Shown here: positions 59,084-64,000 of the stretch, piece by piece
Layout: each line of letters opens with the position of its first letter
How positions within the stretch are numbered: position 1 is the first letter of the stretch
NCBI GenBank assembly: GCA_965215505.1
Contig: OZ244065.1
Span: forward strand, 928,001 to 992,000
Length of the DNA: 64,000 bases
Reading direction: 5' to 3'
From: Capsulimonadaceae bacterium
GTDB lineage: Bacteria > Armatimonadota > Armatimonadia > Armatimonadales > Capsulimonadaceae
Made by a program: the position numbers and the translations under genes
Notes under the pieces: model-generated
Databases searched by the model: none
What the model was told of the DNA's origin: nothing
Seen by the model: the letters and a program-made list of their open reading frames with translations, nothing else

Positions 59084-60340
59084 ATGTCGGTTTTGAAAAT
59101 CCTGTCCGTCCCGGCGTTCGCCGCGCTGGCGGCACTCGGCACGGCCTCCGCCCCCACGGGCGCAGCCCCGGCCTCTCCCGCCTTGAATTCTCCTGCCTTG
59201 GACTCTCCCGCCTCAGACTCCCCTGCCTCGGCTTCTCCTCTGGTCACCGCCAGGACCATCCGCGTCCGGGAGCAGTTCCGGCTTTATGACACCAAATCCG
59301 CTCGGTTCACGCCCTTCTTCACCAACACCGTCCTGATCAGCCGCCCGAGCAAGGTGAAGGTCATCGTGGCCCAGGCGCAGCCGGGCAAGAATCCGCACCT
59401 CTATTTGGCGGACGGCAGGACGGAGCGGGAGTATAATGCACTGACTAACCAGTATAATACACTGACACCCCGACCGGACGGGGCCTCGCGCTCGCAGCTC
59501 CGCGACATGGCCGGCATCGACATGATCCTGAACGGCGGGCCGAAGGCACCGCCCGCGAACGTCCAGCGGGTCGTCTCCTCCGAGACTCTGGACGGGCGGG
59601 CGATGGTCGTGACGACCGACACCAAGGCCCCGACCACCAGCACGAGCGGGACCACCTATGTCCACTCGACGAAAACCTGGGTGGATGCCCGGACCCGGCT
59701 GCCGTACCGCCTGGAGTTCCTCTCGTCCAGCGACGGGAAGACGACCCCGGAGGAAGAGCTGGACTTCTCGGATTGGGTCCTGAACAAGCCGGTCCCCGCC
59801 GCCCAGCTCGCCTGGACGCCGCCCGCCGGGGCCGAGCCGTTCTCCGAGCCGGTCCTGTTGCCCATCGGGTCGCCCGCGCCGGACTTCGCCGCACTCGCGC
59901 CGGACGGCAGGACGGTTCACCTGTCGGACTACAAGGGAAAGACCGTCGTGCTGGACTTCTGGGCGACCTGGTGCGGCCCCTGCCAGCGCTCCATGCCGCA
60001 TCTGGAGAAGGTCTACCAGCAGGTCAAGGACAAGAACGTCGCCGTGCTGGGCGTCTGCGTCTGGGACGAGAAGGCCCCCTACGACAAGTGGGTGGCGCAG
60101 AACATCGGGACCAAGTACAACTTCCCCGTCGCCTTCGACCCCGCCGGGCGCGGCAAGGCCAGCATCGCGGGCGGGCTTTACAAAGTCACCGGCATCCCGA
60201 CGCAGTACGTCATAGACAAGGACGGCAGGGTCGCCGCCTCCACCGTCGGCTACGAGGACGGCGACAGCCGCCTGGAAGCCAACCTCAGCAAGCTGGGGGT
60301 GGACGTTCCGGTCCCGCCGAAGACGGCCTCAACGAAATGA
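59084..60340 (+). CDS. Secreted TlpA/redoxin protein with an N-terminal LolA-like region
   Basis: Signal peptide, SPA repeats, WVDARTRLP, APDF, VLDFWATWCGPC, GIPTQYVIDKDG. Confidence 0.88.
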   Translation: MSVLKILSVPAFAALAALGTASAPTGAAPASPALNSPALDSPASDSPASASPLVTARTIRVREQFRLYDTKSARFTPFFTNTVLISRPSKVKVIVAQAQPGKNPHLYLADGRTEREYNALTNQYNTLTPRPDGASRSQLRDMAGIDMILNGGPKAPPANVQRVVSSETLDGRAMVVTTDTKAPTTSTSGTTYVHSTKTWVDARTRLPYRLEFLSSSDGKTTPEEELDFSDWVLNKPVPAAQLAWTPPAGAEPFSEPVLLPIGSPAPDFAALAPDGRTVHLSDYKGKTVVLDFWATWCGPCQRSMPHLEKVYQQVKDKNVAVLGVCVWDEKAPYDKWVAQNIGTKYNFPVAFDPAGRGKASIAGGLYKVTGIPTQYVIDKDGRVAASTVGYEDGDSRLEANLSKLGVDVPVPPKTASTK

Positions 60341-60344
60341 GAAC

Positions 60345-62651
60345 ATGAGAAAGACAACCCTGCACGGCCTGCTCCTCGCCCTCTCCCTGGTCCTGCTGCC
60401 CGCGCTCGCTCAAGCCGGGCTGCCGGTCCACTTCACGGCGTCCGTCAGTCCCTCCCCGGCCCGCGCCGGGGAGGTGGTGACGGTGACGGTAAAAGCGACC
60501 GTGGACGCGGGCTGGCACGTCTACTCGGTCGTCCCCGCCGCCACCGGCCCGGCGGCGACCGAGATTGCGTCACTGCCGGGCGGGACTCCGGTCGGGCAGA
60601 CGACCGAGGACGCGCCGATCCAGAAGTTCGACGCGAACTTCCAGACGCAAGTCGCCTACCATGAAAACGCGGCGACGTTCCAGCGGCGGTTCCGTCTCGC
60701 CGGTGCAGCCGGGAAATCAGTCACGCTCCATTACCAGACCTGCAACGACCACGTCTGCCTGCCGCCGACGGACGTGACGCTGCCGATCTCACTGACGCTG
60801 GCGGCGGGCGCGGCGCGGCCCGAATATGCCGCACCGGGGGCGACAGCAGAGGGCGCGATGAATCGCGCCCCTACGCCCTTGCCCGTAGGGGCGGGGTCCC
60901 CCCGCCCTCCTTCTCCTGCCGTCTCCTCTCCCGGCCCTTCTCCGGCCGGCGGCCTTCCCCTCTTCCTGCTCGCCGCCCTCGGCGCGGGCCTGCTCGCCCT
61001 CATCACGCCCTGCGTCTTCCCGCTCATCCCCATCACCTTGACCAACTTCGTCAAGCAGGCCGACGGGGACAAGGGGAAGCTGGTCCGGCTCTCGGGAGGC
61101 TACGCGCTCGGCATCGTCGCGCTCTACGTCGCCCTGGGCGGCATCGTCACGGCGACGGTCGGGGCGACCGGCATCAACAAGGTCGCCGCCAACCCCTACG
61201 TCAACCTGGGCATCTTCGTCGTCTTTGTCGTCTTCGCCCTGTCGTTTTTCGAGACGATCCAGCTCACCCTCCCGGCAAATCTCACCGCCATGCAGGCGGC
61301 GGGGAAGCGGCACGGCGGGACGCTGGGGTTGGTGCTGCTCGGCGTCACCTTCGTCCTGGCCTCGTTCACCTGCACCGCGCCGTTCGTCGGCACCCTGCTC
61401 GTGGCCGCCGCCGGCGGGGAGCGGTTCCGGCCACTGCTCGGCACATTGGTTTTCGCCTCGGCCTTCGTCTCGCCGTTCCTGGTCTTCGCCGCCTTCCCGC
61501 AGTGGATCGCCCGCATTCCCAAGGGCGGCCTCTGGCTGGCCCGCGTCAAGGCGGCTTTGGGGTTCGTCGAGCTGGCCGCCGCCTTGAAGTTCCTCTCCAA
61601 TGCTGACCAGGTCTGGAACTGGCGGCTGCTGACCCAGCCCGTCCTGCTGGCGGCCTGGGCCGTCATCTTCGTCTGCGCCGGGCTGTACCTGTGGGGGACT
61701 TTGCGCTTCGGCGTGGTCGGCGAGTTGGAGAAGCCGGGCGCGCGCGTCCCCGCCCCGCGCGCCGCCTTCGCCGCCCTGTTCCTCTTCCTGGCGCTCTACT
61801 GCTTCTGGGGGCTTGCGGGCCGGCGAGTGGCCCTGCTGAGTGCATTCCTGCCCCCGGCGGGCTATGGCGGGGCGGGGAGCAGTTCGGAAGACGGCCTGCC
61901 CTTCCTGACGGATTACAACGCCGCACTGGCCCAGGCCAAGGCGGAGGGCAAGCCGCTGTTCGTGGACTTTACCGGCGTCACCTGCACGAACTGCCGATGG
62001 AACGAGAAGAACGTCTTCCCGCGCGGCGATGTCCAGAGTGAGCTGTCCCAGTACGTCCGCGTCCAGCTCTACACGGACCGCCCTGGCGACGTACCAAACC
62101 AGAAGCTCCAGCTCGCGAAGTTCGGCGATGTCGCCCTGCCGCTCTACGGCGTGGTCAACCCGCAGACCGGCGCGGTCGTGGACAAGTACGCCGGGACGAT
62201 CACGGACGCGGGCGGCTTCACGCGCTTCCTGTCCCGCTCCCGGCTGGCCTCCGCCGCCCCGGCCCCGGCGCTGTGGGCCGCCTACAGCCCGGCAGCCGTC
62301 GCCTCCGCATCGGGGGCGGGCAAGCCGATCATCATTGACTTCACCGCCGCCTGGTGCGTCAACTGCAAGGAGATCGAACATGACGTCTTTGACAACCCCG
62401 CCGTGTCCCCCACCCTGGCCCAAGGCTTCGTGACCCTTCGGGCCGACCTGACCAACTTCGGCAGCCCGGCCAGCGTCGCCGTGGAAAAGCAGTACGGCTT
62501 CGGCAGCCTGCCGACCATCGTCATCCTCGCCCCGTCCGGCAGGGAGATCAAGACCCTGCGGATCACGGGTCGCCTGGGCGTCGAAGAGTTCCAGCGCCGC
62601 CTGCGTCTGGCCCAGGGGCAGACGGCCCCGGCGGCGGTGGCCGCACGTTAG
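60345..62651 (+). CDS. dsbD: Protein-disulfide reductase DsbD with two C-terminal thioredoxin domains
   Basis: CNDHVCLPP (alpha domain), TPCVFPLIP and SFTCTAP (TM domain), DFTGVTCTNC and DFTAAWCVNC (thioredoxin domains). Confidence 0.9.
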   Translation: MRKTTLHGLLLALSLVLLPALAQAGLPVHFTASVSPSPARAGEVVTVTVKATVDAGWHVYSVVPAATGPAATEIASLPGGTPVGQTTEDAPIQKFDANFQTQVAYHENAATFQRRFRLAGAAGKSVTLHYQTCNDHVCLPPTDVTLPISLTLAAGAARPEYAAPGATAEGAMNRAPTPLPVGAGSPRPPSPAVSSPGPSPAGGLPLFLLAALGAGLLALITPCVFPLIPITLTNFVKQADGDKGKLVRLSGGYALGIVALYVALGGIVTATVGATGINKVAANPYVNLGIFVVFVVFALSFFETIQLTLPANLTAMQAAGKRHGGTLGLVLLGVTFVLASFTCTAPFVGTLLVAAAGGERFRPLLGTLVFASAFVSPFLVFAAFPQWIARIPKGGLWLARVKAALGFVELAAALKFLSNADQVWNWRLLTQPVLLAAWAVIFVCAGLYLWGTLRFGVVGELEKPGARVPAPRAAFAALFLFLALYCFWGLAGRRVALLSAFLPPAGYGGAGSSSEDGLPFLTDYNAALAQAKAEGKPLFVDFTGVTCTNCRWNEKNVFPRGDVQSELSQYVRVQLYTDRPGDVPNQKLQLAKFGDVALPLYGVVNPQTGAVVDKYAGTITDAGGFTRFLSRSRLASAAPAPALWAAYSPAAVASASGAGKPIIIDFTAAWCVNCKEIEHDVFDNPAVSPTLAQGFVTLRADLTNFGSPASVAVEKQYGFGSLPTIVILAPSGREIKTLRITGRLGVEEFQRRLRLAQGQTAPAAVAAR
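60849..60909. repeat. GTAG-type REP doublet embedded in frame in dsbD
   Basis: GAGGGCGCGATGAATCGCGCCCCTAC and GTAGGGGCGGGGTCCCCCCGCCCTC; the second is nearly identical to 42469-42493. Confidence 0.85.
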
Positions 62652-62663
62652 GAGGTAAGCGAC

Positions 62664-62876
62664 ATGAACATCTTCCAGGTCTACGAGACTTACGTTGCCG
62701 ACCGGACAGCCGAAGAGCAGCTTCAACTAGCAACGCTCATCCTGCGCCAAAATGCGCCTCTGCCCACCGTGGACGAGAGCGATGAATGGACAGATCAGGA
62801 CATGCGGGACTGGAGCAATCACAGCCTGGCCCGTTTCGAGGCGATGGAGGCTGAGGAGCAGGGTGCCACGGGTTGA
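62664..62876 (+). CDS. Small acidic hypothetical protein (antitoxin-like)
   Basis: Strong SD AGGAGGT, EEQLQLATLIL...DEWTDQDMRD. Confidence 0.65.
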   Translation: MNIFQVYETYVADRTAEEQLQLATLILRQNAPLPTVDESDEWTDQDMRDWSNHSLARFEAMEAEEQGATG

Positions 62877-63004
62877 AACCCGAGGCACTGAAACTCCCAG
62901 CGTCCAGGGGACGCAGGAGACACGAGGCCCAGTGGCTCGAACGCTTCTTGTGTCGCCGCGACACTGGGCTTTCGGAGCCTCGGGTTTCAACCCGTGGCAC
63001 CCTG
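62859..63004. repeat. REP-like doublet, family A
   Basis: 28-bp perfect inverted arms at 62859-62886 and 62977-63004. Confidence 0.88.
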
Positions 63005-63010
63005 ACCAAC

Positions 63011-63052
63011 AGAAAGCGGGCGCGGGAGGTTTCTCCCGCGCCCGCTTCTTTT
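63011..63052. terminator. Probable bidirectional intrinsic terminator
   Basis: AAGCGGGCGCGGGAG-loop-CTCCCGCGCCCGCTT with A/T flanks, between convergent units. Confidence 0.75.
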
Positions 63053-63076
63053 ACTTGCTCTTTTGCCTGGCCCAGC

Positions 63077-63328
63077 CTACTTCAGCAGATGCGCCGGAAG
63101 CTGCTTCTGGCCGGCGACGATGGCCTGGAAGTTCTTGGAGGTCAGCATCCGCGCCGCCACCTTGATCTTGACCTTCCCCTTCGGCGTCTGGATGGTGACG
63201 CTCTGGAGGTTCACCTGGAACCGGCGGGCCTTCTGCGGGGCGCGGTGCGCCCACGAGCCGGAGTGCGGGTGGCGGGTCCAACGCCCCGCCTGGGCATGAC
63301 GCCCGCTGATGTCACAAACTTTTGCCAT
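63077..63328 (-). CDS. rpmB: 50S ribosomal protein L28
   Basis: MAKVCDISG...G...H...RRFQVNLQ...KIKVAAR. Basic, 83 aa. Confidence 0.85.
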   Translation of the reverse strand: MAKVCDISGRHAQAGRWTRHPHSGSWAHRAPQKARRFQVNLQSVTIQTPKGKVKIKVAARMLTSKNFQAIVAGQKQLPAHLLK

Positions 63329-63374
63329 GATGCTGTCACGCTCCCTGCTGTTTCTCGTTAAAAGATGACCGGAT

Positions 63375-63404
63375 AGTATAGCACGCGCGCCCGGCGGCTG
63401 TCAA
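63375..63404 (-). promoter_or_regulatory. Sigma70 promoter of rpmB
   Basis: TTGACA-N18-TATACT with a TG extension. Confidence 0.75.
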
Positions 63405-63474
63405 CCCTCGCCGCGCCGGAAATCGCACCGGGGGCGGGTATACTGGAACCAACGACCAACCCCAGGAGCCTCCG

Positions 63475-64000
63475 ATAAACGTCTCTTCCCCGCGCCGCGC
63501 CGCGCGTTTCCTCCAGGCGCTCGCCCCGCTCGCCGCCCTGCTGTGCCTTGCCGGGGCCGCCCTTGCCGCACCTCAGCCGGTCGCAGTAGACCCGCACTTT
63601 TACGACTACGACGCCCACGCGCCGTTTGCCGTGACGCAGGAGCCGTTCTCGACGCCGTATGCGACGGGGACCGGCTTCCACGCCCTGCGCGTCACCTTCC
63701 CCAGCCCGGTCAGGACGCCCTACACCGTCAACAACACGGTCACCGGGTTCCTGTTCCTGCCGGACACGCCCGGCCCGCACCCGGTCATGCTGGTGGAACA
63801 CGAGTGGCTGCCGACAACACTCGCGACCGAGTTCGAGCAGTCGGCGAGCCTGGCGAAAGCCGGCATCGCCGCCTTCCTCATCATCCAGCCCTACAGCTAC
63901 AACCGACGCCCCCAGCCGCGCATCGAGGACGTCGAGCTGCTGTCCGGCGACGTGCCCCAGATGGTCGGCGCGCTCCGGCAGGCCGTCCTGGACTCGCGCC
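63475..64000 (+). CDS. Secreted alpha/beta-hydrolase-like protein, 3'-truncated, probable ATA start
   Basis: Frame is open to the window end. Signal peptide ends ALA-A. FYDYD, VTFPSPV, NNTVTG, QPYSYNRRP, RQAVLD. Confidence 0.7.
   Translation, partial: MNVSSPRRAARFLQALAPLAALLCLAGAALAAPQPVAVDPHFYDYDAHAPFAVTQEPFSTPYATGTGFHALRVTFPSPVRTPYTVNNTVTGFLFLPDTPGPHPVMLVEHEWLPTTLATEFEQSASLAKAGIAAFLIIQPYSYNRRPQPRIEDVELLSGDVPQMVGALRQAVLDSR

Noticed and set aside
63077-63328. L28 lacking a Zn-ribbon as a novelty
   Set aside because: Cys-poor L28 forms are common, and nothing here indicates a Zur-regulated paralogue.

Overview
GC-rich bacterial chromosome segment with about 68 CDS and no rRNA, tRNA, CRISPR, prophage or transposase that I can see. 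The host is probably Armatimonadota: it has a DUF1559/H-X9-DG prepilin-like gene plus Bacillota-like PepV and RsbV/RsbW/SigB (inference, not verified). Most genes are housekeeping: rarA, mnmA, an accB-hom-thrC-purC-apgM run, pheA, dapF, trpF/B/A, deoC, recO, tatD and rpmB. The window also holds a SigB partner-switching module, a frameshifted pckA, a hypoxia-type block (usp-cydAB-Acg-mgtA-xfp-ackA), steA-steB-GT2-FHA, an ECF sigma/anti-sigma operon carrying DUF1800/DUF1501, and a Dsb/TlpA redox locus. Most notable: (1) three tandem trpF paralogues flanking two unrelated cargo genes, the middle copy a trpF3/trpF1 chimera; (2) a SigW-type promoter (TGAAAC-N16-CGTA) heading a six-gene DUF1800-DUF1501-ECF-ZAS operon; (3) two genes that appear to start at ATA behind AGGAG; (4) Cys in place of the conserved Glu in the CydA GRQPW region; (5) three families of REP-like palindromic doublets, several supplying stop codons and one translated inside DsbD; (6) about six apparently leaderless genes. 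All family calls come from motif recognition, not database searches.
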